A stretch of DNA of 64,000 bases from Paraspadella gotoi (lineage: Eukaryota > Animalia > Chaetognatha), in the NCBI GenBank assembly GCA_051294375.1, contig CM119270.1, positions 15,499,845 through 15,563,844 on the forward strand, in the 5' to 3' direction. Shown here one piece after another: positions 1 through 12,966 of this stretch. Position numbers and translations under genes: made by a program. Numbering within the stretch: position 1 is the stretch's first letter; each line of letters opens with the position of its first letter. The notes under the pieces are model-generated. The model saw only the letters and a list, made by a program, of their open reading frames with translations, had not been told where the DNA came from and did no database searches.

Positions 1-24
1 CTACTTTTTGTCTCATTCTTTCAG

Positions 25-327
25 CGTCGAAGCGTTTGGTCATTGGCCTTCTTCCCCGTCCACGCCGAGGGCGCCGCCGACGACGCCGCCGCCTACAATG
101 AAGATGAAGCCGACGTCGGCGCCGCCAGATTGGGCGCTGCCGGATTCGACGCCGCGACCTTGGGCGCCGCTGGCGTCAACGTCGGCTACGACAGCGACGA
201 CGATGAAAACGACGACGAATACGAACGCCGGTGTTGGTGGCGCCGGTTATGGTCGGCGTTGCCTACATCTCGCCGGCGTCGTCGAGGAGGCATATCCAAG
301 TCTTTCTCCGAATCCTTTAAAAGGCGA

Positions 328-384
<57 letters not shown>

Positions 385-399
385 TCTGCGACTTCTTAA
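25..399 (+). CDS. Probable terminal coding exon of an unidentified gene (frame uncertain); noisy copies at ~8827-9225 and ~22962-23360
   Basis: TTCTTTCAG acceptor at 16-24, GC-rich island, two open frames, (CCG)n tract, then AT-rich 3'UTR-like sequence. Confidence 0.4.
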
Positions 400-528
400 G
401 AGAACAATTTTCTAATGAAAACGATTAATTCATAAAGTTGAAACGTTTTGTAACTGACTTTTTGCCTTCTATGTGTTACATTCCCGAGTTAACGAGTTTT
501 GTTTTTCGTGTTTTGTAAACAAATCTTT

Positions 529-569
529 TCATTTCGGAGGCGTGGGTTCGAATCTCACCGCTGCCACCA
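529..569 (+). pseudogene. 3' half of tRNA-Leu (YAG/AAG type) ending in CCA; noisy copies at ~9349-9410 and ~23484-23545
   Basis: TCATTTCGGAGGCGTGGGTTCGAATCTCACCGCTGCCA-CCA = variable arm, T-arm and acceptor 3' strand of eukaryotic tRNA-Leu, plus the normally non-templated CCA; no 5' half. Confidence 0.85.
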
Positions 570-3500
570 AGTGGAGGTTGGAATTTTTAATAAGAAAAGA
601 ATTCGAGATCAAGTAAAAAATGAACGCGAGTTTATTGTTATGAAATCAAAGAATTCGAATGTAGGAATGGAATTTTATGCCGGTAATATTATTTACATTT
701 TTTGCAATTCAAGAGAAAAACTCGGCTTCGATATTCACTCTATTACGTTTTAAAAGTAGGTTAAAAACTTAGGATTTAAGCAAGAAATATAAGGTCCGTA
801 TTTCTTGGTGTAAATAGTTTTCGGCTTCATGTACCGAGTTTGTTAGAATTTTCTGCCTGGTTTGTCGTTTTATTTTTCAAAATATAAATCTAATTCAATA
901 ATATTTTTCGTTTATCTTTGTAATCTTTTAATACAATAGTTATTAAACTTGATAGTCATGAAGAGTGACAAAGAGATAGAGAGAGAGATAGATAGAGAGA
1001 GAGAGAGAGAGCCACATGTACGTTGCCCTCTGATCAACGTTTTCATTAATTCACTTTGCATATTGTAATTTTATATAATACGAGGTGCTGACGATGAAAA
1101 TAATTATTTCAACAGTCGGTCGGTCGACGAACCAGACGAACGCCGACCATACTCGAGACGACCCCCCCCNNNNNNNNNNNNNNNNNNNNNNNNNNNNNNN
1201 NNNNNNNNNNNNNNNNNNNNNNNNNNNNNNNNNNNNNNNNNNNNNNNNNNNNNNNNNNNNNNNNNNNNNNNNNNNNNNNNNNNNNNNNNNNNNNNNNNNN
1301 NNNNNNNNNNNNNNNNNNNNNNNNNNNNNNNNNNNNNNNNNNNNNNNNNNNNNNNNNNNNNNNNNNNNNNNNNNNNNNNNNNNNNNNNNNNNNNNNNNNN
1401 NNNNNNNNNNNNNNNNNNNNNNNNNNNNNNNNNNNNNNNNNNNNNNNNNNNTGAATTGAATTGAATTGAATTGAATAGAATTGAATTGAATTGAGGAATG
1501 AGGTTGGAAAGAATTGTTTTTGTTTATGGTAGAAGCATTTTAATTTTTTTCCTATATATTATAATAATTTGTTTTTTCTTTAATTGACAACCAAATTAAA
1601 CTATACCTTAATATCGTTTCTTTGCTCTTATTCGTTTCGTATTTTTACGGGGAGGAACAAAACCAATAATAGAAAATTGATTTCGTTCGTCCGTCTTTCC
1701 GAGTTTCTCTCTCTTTCTCTTTCTCTCTCTCTCTCTCTCTCTCCTCTCTAGTATCAATACAATCTATAAAACGTTTCACTAGACATCATCTTCATCAAAG
1801 TCCTTGGTTTTCCTCGTTCTCTTCGGGACAGAGAATTAAAGCTTTTGTTACTTCATTATATTTGTGGAAAAAAAACAAATTGGAGGATTTCTTCCGAAAG
1901 ATTTTTCCAGTACGCTCCCGTCGAAATGGATTAAAATGAGTACCGTTCGTCGTTCCAGACGATTACCGACCACGACGATGACGAGACGACGAAAGCTTTA
2001 ATAACCCGTCTGTCTTAGAGTGGCCGCTCAGGTACATTTAAGATTGTAGACACTCTATAATGACGCATAGACTTTCCTTTAATATCCCACAAACCGTCAT
2101 ATGACGCGTATATTAAGAAACAGGATTGGAATCCTCATGAGAGTGGCGCGGCTCGGGCGCGAGCGAACAACCAAAGTGTAACGGTACTCAACTAGTCGAC
2201 CATGACGACAGACTGACGAGCCGACGGAATTGACTCGACTTTGACACGGGTCGCGACGAGATGAACGAGAACGCTTGCTCAACGTTTTTTTTCTGCTCGA
2301 ATAGCGAAAACTATTTTTTATCGTTCACGCACGACCCCAGAAAGAGAGTCCCGAGGAGGCCATTTAACCGTATGTTTTCTGTGACACTGTCTTATATAAT
2401 TAGGACACCATCGTGGAATGTTTCGAGGGAGCATCGCTTGACCATTCGTCCAGCTTCAGTGGAAGTGCCAAGTGACTTTTGATCTTTAAAGGATACTAGC
2501 GCGTATTTCTTGCTAAACGTATTCTCGAATCCGATGACACGGCTGTAATCCCATTACGGTTTTAGCTACGATCGTGGTCTATGTTTCATGGAGACATTTT
2601 CTTGTTTTCAATATTTGTGGATTTCCCCGTTCGGTACTTAAAGACGAGCTGCTACGGGAGATATTTGAGAATTCTATTTTATATTGCGGGGGCGAAATAA
2701 CAATGATTTCACACAAAAGAAAAAATTGTCTTAGTCATTTGTGTCTTCTTTTCGTTTGATATCGATACAAAACCAGAATAAATGAGCGTATACGAGCCGA
2801 GGAGCGGGCCTTTAAAGTAAGGCATGCTCTAGCTGCTCTTTCACTTCCTCTATGAACTAACACCGAAATGATCGCGGTGCGTAGCCATTATTCATTTTCT
2901 CCTTTTCCGCCCGGCAGTTAACGCGCCGGGACCATGTCCTGTTGCTTATCAAAAAATTTTGTCCAGTGATCTTCCCTTGTCAGGGCCGTGGGCCTCACGG
3001 GCAATTACGTATGCCGCTCTAGCGGGTTGTAGTCATCGGTTGTACACCGGGGACTAATCTTTAATCTGGTTGTTTTCCATTTTCATTTTGGGTTATTAGT
3101 TTTGTGTTGCTCCTGCGGCTCGGATCGCGTGGTCTCTCGCTACGCGGCGTTGTCCTGCTGTTTGTTCCTGAGGGGGGTCAACCTGTCTCACTTGCTCGGG
3201 GAGTTTCCACTCAATTGTAATTCAAGTTTTAGGTGTAAAGTCTTTCGCATCTGGGCGGCAGGATAAGTTCGGTGTTGCACGGCGGATAGCTACCTGTGCA
3301 GTTCCCGTGACATCTCTCTTCTTTCGTTGAGTCGACTAACCTAACCGGGACAACGACAACTAGGGGAGTCTGGATATACACGACCTGAATGTCTAAAAAG
3401 TGTGCATTCCAGAAACGAAAGGTTCGAAAATCCTTAATCAGTTTGTGACCGGCAACTTCTCTTATAACCAGGAGCCTGAGGCAGGGATAGAAACGTGACT

Positions 3501-6439
3501 GCGTTGCCGGTGCTGGCACGCGAGTGTGCATACGCGATTGCTCGGGTCTGCGCGTAGGCAATACTAAGAAAAACGTGACAGTCGGTCGAGTTTTAAAATA
3601 TGTGGCGCAGAATTAAGTTAAGACTTCTAGGAAAGGTTTTATACCTATTATTTTTATATTTCGTCTTTGGGCGTTTCTCTTTTAGTCTGTGTCGAATCTT
3701 ATTTAATATCTGCTATTTTTTTCTTTTTGCTTAATAGTTGGGGAGAATAGTATTTTAATGTCGCGCTGGGTTTTTAATTTTTTCATCATTTTCAGTTTGC
3801 TCTGTCATCAATTGATCCTGTCTTACTATGGCCTTGACTTGAAGCACCAGGTTTTTTCCTGTCCTAGTGTGTTACTCGGTACCTTACGTGTCAAATTCAA
3901 TCCCCCTGTTCGTCGTGGTTGACAGTACCCACCATTCGTTTTTTAAGCTGGATCGTAATTTCTGCCCTCCCAATTACATTAACGGGATTTGCGAGCACTT
4001 ATTGTAATCTTCATCACATATTTGGTTGAATGACCCTTTCTTTCTACTTCTTCGTATTCACTGTCATTCTCTTCCTACATTCTTCTCTCACTCTTCTATT
4101 ACATCAGTCCATAATTCAATATTTCTTTCAGCTTTGCTTCTCTTCTCCTTTGTTGTTGTTTCCCAGCGCAAGGCCTATGGTAGAGAGTGACTGGAGGAAC
4201 AGCCAGCTCAGCTGAAAGTTGTAATACCAATGTGTTATTAAGATTTTCTTTTTTCTTTTTCTTGATTTGTTTTTTTTCTTTTTCTTGTTTCGCGGGTTGT
4301 GTTTTTGGTAAGCCCGAATGTCGGGAGCATCTGTGGAAAGGAGATCACGTAATCGTTTGTGCACCTTGACGACGGAAGCAGAAAAACACGGAGAATTTCT
4401 CGGAGAAAGCGTATCAGGAGGTCTTATCCGGTTGTTCCTTCCTCGGTGTTATTATATAACCTTCGAATGGTCTTGTGGATTATTTGGCGAAGATTATTTA
4501 TGCTCATGAAGCTAGTGATACATTCAACACTGAAAAGGTTTAAATTCTATTGACACTAGCAATAAAATTACGAGCTAATGTATATACAACTTATCGGATA
4601 TCAGTACCATTCGAACGGTCTATATTTAGAGCTTTTTTTCGGTTAGAAATTAAAGTTATTTCTACAGAACAAGTGCTTATTAAAACCCGAAGAACATAAC
4701 AAAAAAAAAATCATACGTACGCTAGACACGTACGAATGCCGTCCAGACGATTCCACTTCTCTGTTTCATTCGAATATCCAATAACAAAAGTACACAAAAA
4801 ACAAACAAACCAAACAAAAGTGTTGGCACGTCTTCATCTTCTCCTCCCGCCTTTTAGCCGAGCGCCGGCGGTCCGATGACAAAGACTAATGATGTCCATA
4901 GAAATTTCGCTCTGCTTGATGCATATCTCCGTCATTAACGTTCGAGCATTTGCTACAATCGTTGTCCAGGCCGAGGGGCCGGCGCGATTAATCACCCGCG
5001 ATGCGGAGGGAGGCCTTTCCCGCGAAAGACGAGGCGCGCGTTGTGGTCATTGGAAACGGAGGGGATGCTGTCAACGGGGAAGGGGGGGGATGTGTCAGCG
5101 GGAACGGGGGGATTATGGCTACGTAGTCTAGTGAGGGAGGAAACAGTTTTATAAACCAGTAGTAGGTTTCTGGGAGTTGCTAATGGTCGTTGTTTTAACC
5201 TTATGCGGGGATGAGCAAAAGGCTTGGCGTGTGCAGCTTTCCGTGGATGGACATCAAAGTATTGCAGCATTATGATACTCTTCACAGTGAACAATGTAGT
5301 ATTATAGAGGACAATTCTAATTCTCTTTCGTATTTCAGATGTAACTAAGCGGTTTTTTTTAGAATCACGTTGTCAACCGTCTCTTCCAATCTCAACCCTA
5401 ACAAAATTCGATTTCCCCCCCCGACCACTCCCAGTCTTTGAAATGCCAATTTGGGAAAAAATCTCCAAAACGAATTTGTGAATTTGGATCTCGTGTCAAC
5501 TTTGCCCGAACATCCCAAGGATTCAAACCGGTCTCTCCATTTCCAAAACAACACGGATAACCGGCGAAAACTGGGCTCTCTCTCCTCTCCTCTCGTCCGT
5601 CTCTCTCTCTCTCTCTGCTCTGCGTCTCTGTCCTCTCTCTCCGTCTCTCTCTCTCTCTCTCCCTCTCTTTCTCCTTGTCATGGGATAAAACGGGAATTTT
5701 ATAAAAGGCTGTTGGATGGATCGGGAGGAACCAGAAAAATAAGGAGAAAGAAGACGAAGAGGAGGAGAAGGAGGAGGGAGGAGGAGGAGGATGGAGGGGG
5801 CCTGAGAGCAAGGAGGAATAATTTATGAGGTGTATCGACATTGTAACACATCAACTCGCGTAATACAGACAGGTGTCGCAATCGTCGCGGAGAATTGCCT
5901 ATTCAACTGTTGTGTAACTGTTTTAGGGTTACTCATATCGAAACCGTAATGAAAAATATTCCAATAGCGAAACCAAACTTCCAACAGATTCCGCCGTACT
6001 CTTCTGTATTCAGTATCTCGTCTATTAGTGTTTCCTTCGCTAACTGACTCCGCGAAATAAGATAAACGAGAAGAATTGGGAAATACTTTCGACCCTGCAC
6101 GGACTCTGCATGACTTTCAAATGCGTAGCCAATTAGGGGGGTTGCCTTAAGTGTCGCGATTTTCACGATCTTAGGCAATAACACATCTCTCGCTCTCTGC
6201 TCTCTCATCTCTGCTGGACTGAGTTAGTGTTCTGCTCTCTCTCTCGGTCTGTCCTCCGTGATCCTCGTATCCTCTCTCTCACGTCTCTCTCTCTCTCATA
6301 TACAAGCCCCGCACCTTCTTCGCGTGCGGTGGAAGCGCTCCCCGGGCGAAGAGACGCGTCCGCTGACTCACTTCACTTCACTTCCTCATTCAACTTCCAT
6401 TTTTTATTGCGGCGTTTCGTCGTACGTCGTCGTCGTCGT

Positions 6440-7690
6440 CGTCGGTCGTCGTCGTCGTCGTCTCACCCCCTCCTGGCCGATAAACGGGGAACTGGCGAGT
6501 CACGTTATTGAGCGGATGCGAGCGGCCTCTTCAATCTCTTTCACAGTCGCGACCATATAAACGCTGAATACACTGGTCGTCGTTGGTTGTCGACCAGATT
6601 TTTGGTTATAGATTTGAATTTCAAAATTCGTGATATTTTTTTTTCACGCTTCCTCTAAAAATTGAAGTTTATTTCAGATTTTATCTTTTGGATTTGACTT
6701 CAGAAACCCATGCTCGTCTATTCACTATCAATTCACCATCACTTCAAATTTAACGTACTGTCCGCTGTGTAAAGAATGAAAGAACGAGAAGAACCTATAT
6801 TTTTAATAAGAAATATTGACTACTATTGTAAAAATAAAATAAACATTTTTTAAAAAATAATAAAAAAAAAACTAATTTTGATACAATCTGCGTCTCTCTT
6901 TTCTGATCGCGCTCGCTCCCTTCCTCTGCTTTCACGCTCCCCGGCCTCTTGGGTCCATACCCTTCATCCGCGGATCCGATATTGCCTCAGACTTTTTCAC
7001 ACAGATTTCCGGAGTAGGTCCCCCTTCACATCTTGCTCATTTGGAACGGCATCGTCGTGCGTCGCCGTCGTCGTCGTCGTGCTCACCGCCGCTCCGCGAT
7101 AACCGGGGAAACTGGCGAGTGCGTTATGAGCGGCGAGACGGCCTCCTTCAACTATCCTTTTCACAAGTCGCCGGGACCAAAAGCTGAAAACTGTCGGTCG
7201 TTTGTTGTCCGCCAATTTTGGTTATAATTTGGATTTAAAAATTCTGGGAGTATTGTTTTCAAAACGCTCCTCTAAAAAATAAATTTATTTTCAGATTTTA
7301 TCTTTTGATTTGGAAATCAAACCCGATGTCGTCTATTTCATCATCAATTCACATCCTGTCACATCTTTACGTACTTTGCGCGTTGTAAAGGAAGAAGAAC
7401 GAAGTACTATATTTAATTGAGATATTGACTACTATTGTAAAATAAAAATGAACAATTTTAAATAATAAAAAAAACTAATTTTATAGCAATCTGCCTGTCT
7501 CTCTTTCTGACTCCGCGCTCCTCCCTTCCTCTGCTCACCTTCCCCCTTTCCCAATACCCCTTCATCCTCGCGGGATCTTTGCCTCAATCTTTTTACAGAT
7601 TTCCGGGTCCCCTTCCCCATTTGCTATTTGGAAGTCGTCGTCATTCGTCGTCGTCGTCGTCGTCGTCGTACGTGCGTCGTCGTCGTCGTC
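6440..7690. repeat. Two-copy tandem duplication of ~600-620 bp bounded by (GTC)n tracts (also at 20575-21825)
   Basis: ACTGGCGAGT, TTCAGATTTTATCTTTT, ATTGACTACTATTGTAAAAATAAAA and CAGATTTCCGG each recur at ~600-620 bp spacing. Confidence 0.85.
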
Positions 7691-9668
7691 GCAGGGCCTT
7701 CATCCTCAGATTACGTCCGTTCTCTGGGGCGATGTTGAGGTAGAGAGAGAGAGAGAGAAGAGAGAGAGGAGAGAGAGGAGAGAGAGAGAGAGAGAGAGAG
7801 AGATTCCTCACACGCGCCGAATTCGAAAACGACGCGGGAAATCCGAGAAGTCGTCGAACATTTTTTCACCTCGAGACGGGGCGAAGGGAGGGGGGGGGAG
7901 AGTGAGGAAGTCGGTGTTGGAGGACGAAGTGAGTGCACAGTGTCCGGGGAAAAGTACGGTGACCAGGACGACGTGACGGCAGGAGGACGAACACGGGATA
8001 AATAATGAGGAAGGAAGATCGCCGCGACAGGAAGACAAAAAGGAAACGAGGGAATGAGAGTTTTTCATTCGGCAATGTCAGACAGTTTATGGGGTCATAT
8101 CTACCGTCGGTTAACAGCGTTCTCTCGCTAATTGTCCCTGCGAAAATTATTCTTCAGTCTCTCTCTCACTTACCTCACATCATTGTTCGCGTTCAGCGCC
8201 CTTCACAATTCTCTCACTGTGCGCCTCCTTTTCCTCTTTCTCTAATTCCTTCCTCTTTTCCCTCTCCCCTCTCGCTCTCATATCTCCCGCTCTCATCTCC
8301 CTCTCCCTCTTTCACCCTCTCATTTCCCCCCCCTCTATCTCCCCCTCGTCTTCTCTCCTTCTTTGCCCTCCTCCGCCTCTTCCCGTTCCTAAATTCCTTT
8401 CTCCCCTCTTGCCTCTCCCTTTCAGTTTCTCTTCTCCCCTCGTCCCTTCTCCTTCTCCTCTCCCTTTTCATTTCTCCTTTCTCCTCCTCCTTCGCCCTCT
8501 CGCCTTCCCTTTCTCCCCGTCGCATCGATTCCATTCTCCCTTTCTCCCCTCGTTCCTCTTTATCCGATATTTAATGACTGTGCCTCTGAGGCGAATTCCA
8601 CACCGAATTGACATTAACGGGTCGCCATTTGTTTGCGCTACACATTTTCTCTCGGTCTCTTCTCTCTCTCTCTCATCTCTCCTATCTCCTCTCCTCCTCT
8701 CTCTCTCCTTCTCCCTAGGCAACATGTTATAAGCACGACAAACGATAACGAACTTTGAGATGAAACAAAAGATATTTATTGTTATTCATAGTATAATTTA
8801 GTCTACCTTTTGTCTCATCTTTCAAGCGTGCGAAGCTATTGGTCATTGGCCTTCTTCCCGTCCACGCCGAGGGGCAGCCGGTACCGACTGACGCCGCCGC
8901 CCTACAATGAGAATGAAGACCGACTCGGCGCGTCCAGATTGGGCACTGCCGCGATTCGACTGCCGCGACCTTTGCGCTCGCTGCGGTCACGTCGAGCTAC
9001 GCAAAGCGACGACGATGAAACGACTGAACGAATACGACATCGCGTGCCGGTGTTGGGGTGCCGCCGCGGGTTAATGGTCCGCGATTGCTAACATCATTCC
9101 GCGGCGTCGTCGAGGAGGCACTATCCAAAGTCTTTCTCCGAATTCCTTTAAAAGGGACGAGACTCGCCGGAGCCGGCCGCCCGGAGCCGCCGCCGCCGCG
9201 CCGGCCGCCGCCATCGACCTTCTTAGATTTTCTTGAACGATTAATTCATAAAGTTGAAACGTTTTGTAACTGACTTTTTTGCCTTTATGTTTACATTCCG
9301 AGTTAACGAGTTTTTTTTTGTTCGTCTGTTTATTGTAAACAAATCTTTTCATTTCGGGACTGGGGTGTCGAATGCTCACCGCTGGCCTCGGCGGACACCG
9401 CTTGCCACCAAGTGGAAGGAGTTGGAATGTTTTCAATTAAGAAAAGAAATTCGAGATCAAGTAAAATGAACGCGAGTTTATTGTTATGAAATCAGAGAAT
9501 TCGAATGGAGGAATGGAATTTGTATGCCGGTAATATTATTGTACATTTTTGCAATTCAAAGAGAAAAACTCATCGGACTTCCAGTATTTCACTCTATTAC
9601 GTTTTAAAAAGGTTAAGGGACATCGTTATTTTCCAATATTCGTTTTCGTTGTGTTTAGATGAATAAGG

Positions 9669-10177
9669 ACGTTTTAAATTCTCCAACGATTTTATTTGGT
9701 ATAGACGGAACGATTGTTTCGCGCTTAAATCGTAAAGCCTTACGGCGTCAAAGATATTTGTGATTCAAATCAAAGTTTTTGCAAGAGGAAAAGAGAAAGA
9801 GAGGAAGAGGAGAGAGGAGAAGGCAAAGTTTCCAAACACAGAGTTGAAGAAGAGAACAGTTGGTCAGATGTTGAGGGACAGGTGAGTGAGGACAGAATGA
9901 GCCAGATTGTGAAAAGGAAACTAAATAGTGAAAAATTGAGAGAGAGAGAGCAGAGAGATAGAGAAGGAACACTTTGAAAAGATAATACATTTTTGTAAAT
10001 TGTACAAACAGAAGATAAATTGTTTAGACTAAAGATGAAATAAATGATTTTCTATTAACTATTAATAAATAATGGAGTTGAAAAATTGAAAATGAAAAAT
10101 GAAATAAGTATTAATAAGTATTAAATGAAATAAAGTGAAAGTTCAAGAAATTAAGAAAGAGCTCAAGTGAGAGCTGG
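9669..10177 (-). repeat. Inverted pseudo-LTR, left arm (reverse complement of ~12940-13467)
   Basis: e.g. GGCAAAGTTTCCAAACACAGAGTTGA vs TCAACTCTGTGTTGGAAACTTTGCC; GAGGACAGAATGAGCCAGATT vs AATCTGGCTCATTCTGTCCTC; TTTAGACTAAAGATGAAAT vs ATTTCATCTTTAGTCTAAA. Confidence 0.92.
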
Positions 10178-12966
10178 AGATCCTTCGTCAACGTCATGCG
10201 CATAATAACTCGTAAGGGATAAGACCAAAAGCCAGCGAAGAAACTATTCCCTTGACGGAAAGATGAAATCCAGGCTGCGCAGACGTTGGCTCGTCCGGCT
10301 CTCCTACCCTTAAAAGGCGACCAAAGCTGACGAAGACTATCCGTGTTGACGCTAAAGGCCCTATCTTTTGTTCCAACCCCTATTCTGAACCCGACCACCC
10401 GCTATTGGACCTGCATTCGTCGTGTTGAAGACAGGACAAAGCTTCTCGATCAACGACCGCAAGCGGCGCAAACCTTCGGGCAGGCGGCGGGCGCGGATCT
10501 CAATGCCAAGAGGGCCCGCCACAACCTAATGTTCGGAAAAGAAGTGAATGCAGGCCATTGCTTCACTTCAAGCGTGAACAAGGCAATCGATGTTCACCCC
10601 GGACGGACCAAGGAAAGCCTGCAGGTAGTCATGGAACGCCCAATGACTAAACAAAGAAAAATTCGCAAATGATGGCGGATAGAAAAACATACCATCTGCT
10701 TAATCCAAGATCCGACTCTAGCTTACAGACAATCGGATTCAGTACGGTGACAAAAAGAATACGTGAATACGTCCTCGCGTCAGTATTTCAACAGAGTCAA
10801 CCCTGCTCAACGCAGCCTCCTTTGTTCTTTCGTCCCGAACAGGTACATAAGCCCTCGGTCTACACGCTTACGCCAATCGTATCGGCCTCGCATGATCCAA
10901 TTTTTAATGGAATGACGAAGGATTGGGGCGCATCCTCACTCCACTCGTTGGTATCAACACCAACCGTCCGGAACTTGTTGATCTGACGGAAATTGCAGAC
11001 ACATAAAAGTGCCGATACGTCATTGCTTGGTCTCGTGTGATCTAACAAGCATGTTTTACAAACATCCCAGTGGCAGGAATGTGGCGTAAAGAATCAAGCA
11101 GAACCCGCCTGAGAAGACCGGACATTGCACCAGCGCACGCCAATCCAATTGAATGACTCATGGCGCTGTTAGGCGGCTCGACCTGGAACTGGCGTACTTC
11201 CAGGTTCGGATGGACAGTACTGATGCCGACCTGGTGGCTTAGGGGATGGGCAAGTCGACAATCATCTTGCTCACTGGCAGACTTCTATACTGGAGGACTT
11301 GAGGTGAAGCTTGGCCTCCTTTCGAGTCGGTTTGCAATGGGCCAGAGTCAACTCCTCTTCTGGTATGCGGAAAGCAGATCGAACCATTCGGCGCGTGCGC
11401 AAAGACCTCATAGAGGACTTACTAAACCATCTGAACAGCACATGTGAGCATTAAGTGACATGTGAGAAGGAGGTGAAATGGGTCGATTCCAATGCTCGAT
11501 GTGCTTAGAAAGCGCAAAGAGGCGGTTCATTGGAATTCTCATGTTTTAGTATACGCAAACAGCGAAGCACCACAGACCAATACATTCCCTTCGACTCTCT
11601 CATGCCCCCTTGGTCTCACAAACTAGCCACGGGTCAGATCCCTGTAGACGAAGAAGGGCTGCAATTGATTCCGTCGACCGCCGAGCTTCAGGCCGCGAGC
11701 TTGAGCACGTCAAAGAGCCTTGGGCGATCAATGGTTACCCATTGTGGGCCTACGAGAAGGCCAGGTACCTGGCGGTGTCTGGGGTTGAGGGCAGTGGCCA
11801 CCCAGGGGCGCCCAAGTAGCCGCTAACGCAGATTCTACTCCGCCGCCCTCAGGAGGAAGAAAGGGTTCTGTGCTGCTGAAGAGGGCCTACTCGCGCCCAC
11901 CACAGCGCAACTGAAGATAAGCAGAAAGCGCACTACTGAGAACGTGGTCACTTGTCCCTCCCCTACCACCAGGGGATACTGGTCTATTGGCTGCGGGGTG
12001 CTAGCAAGCAGGGGAGATTGCTCCACCTCAGTGACGCCCGCGTTCTCTTTACGTGAGCAAAGTTGGTGAACCGAAAAGATAAATCCGCCAACGCGGAAAA
12101 CATACATGAGCGTCTAATTGGGCGGCCTGTGCAAGGGGCGGAAACAAGCCTGTGCAGCAGCATACGTGGCGAGACAGGGCAAGAGTCCTCTGATCACTGA
12201 TACCCGAATTTCAACAGCAGCTACGAAACCTCGTATATCGCTGGACGGCGAAGAGTCAGGCAACTACCTGTAACTCTGCTGTGGCCCGAGGGAACATACG
12301 CAATACTGGCCATCTATTCAGAGAGTCAGACTGTCTCGTGCGTCATCCATGACCCAAAATGGTTCTCAAGAGTGTTGAGAGGCGATTTACATCAAAAGCC
12401 CTCGAAACCTACTTTGAACCCGTGGATGCGGAGGACGATTCGATCTCCCTCCAAGCTTATCGATACGCATTATCAAAAGCGTGGTGGAGGCACCGTCTGC
12501 CACCACGCTCCGCACAATGACTCCCCTGTAGCACTCAAGCGGCACACAGGCGGAGACCTTTGTACAGTGGCAATGGGAGCAAACGAGCCTCTCTCTTCAA
12601 ACTGGCAGCGAACTCATTCCTTCTCTTGGAGTGAGCGCGGTCCACCAAAAGACGGCTGCAAGGAGGAAGGGGAGGATCCCACAACTCATGGTCGCCAAAT
12701 GCGCAAGAAAACGTGACAACCACCTGCCATCTCGGTCAGCATGACGAGAAGAGGGCAGTCGATGGCAGGCCTGTACCAGGCCCAGAGAGACATTAGGGTA
12801 GCCCTCTGGCTCTTCCCGCAAGGAAAGCCTTCCCAGTCAATGCACATAGCTCAACCAACATGACTCTCAGCCATTTGACAGCGTCAATGACCTCGACCAC
12901 ATCGTCATAGACGCCTTCATTTGCTTCAACCAAAAGGGGCCAGCTCACTTTGACGCTCTTTCTTAA
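10178..12966 (+). pseudogene. PLE RT/GIY-YIG ORF, broken by many indels (probably raw-read errors); ends approximate
   Basis: Motifs as above are distributed across all three + frames; no start codon is retained at the inversion junction. Confidence 0.85.

Larger units (their letters stand above)
1..1823. repeat. Third, cleaner partial copy of the same locus (homologous to ~8803-9616 plus ~13468-14646), lacking the PLE
   Basis: Shared strings on both sides of the insertion point, e.g. TTCACTCTATTACGTTTTAAAA and GTAGGTTAAAAACTTAGGATTT. Confidence 0.9.

Noticed and set aside
529-569. Functional tRNA-Leu gene
   Set aside because: D-arm, anticodon arm and 5' acceptor strand are absent.
1900-5340. 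Exon-like GC-richer islands and a polypurine tract + TG near 5080 (possible gene or LTR remnant)
   Set aside because: No recognisable protein motif or paired LTR could be established by eye in this probably error-rich segment.
5926-6146. Kolobok-like MITE (TTA-GGGTTACTC ... GGGGTTGCC-TTAA)
   Set aside because: TIR match is short and weak in noisy sequence; not supportable without other copies.
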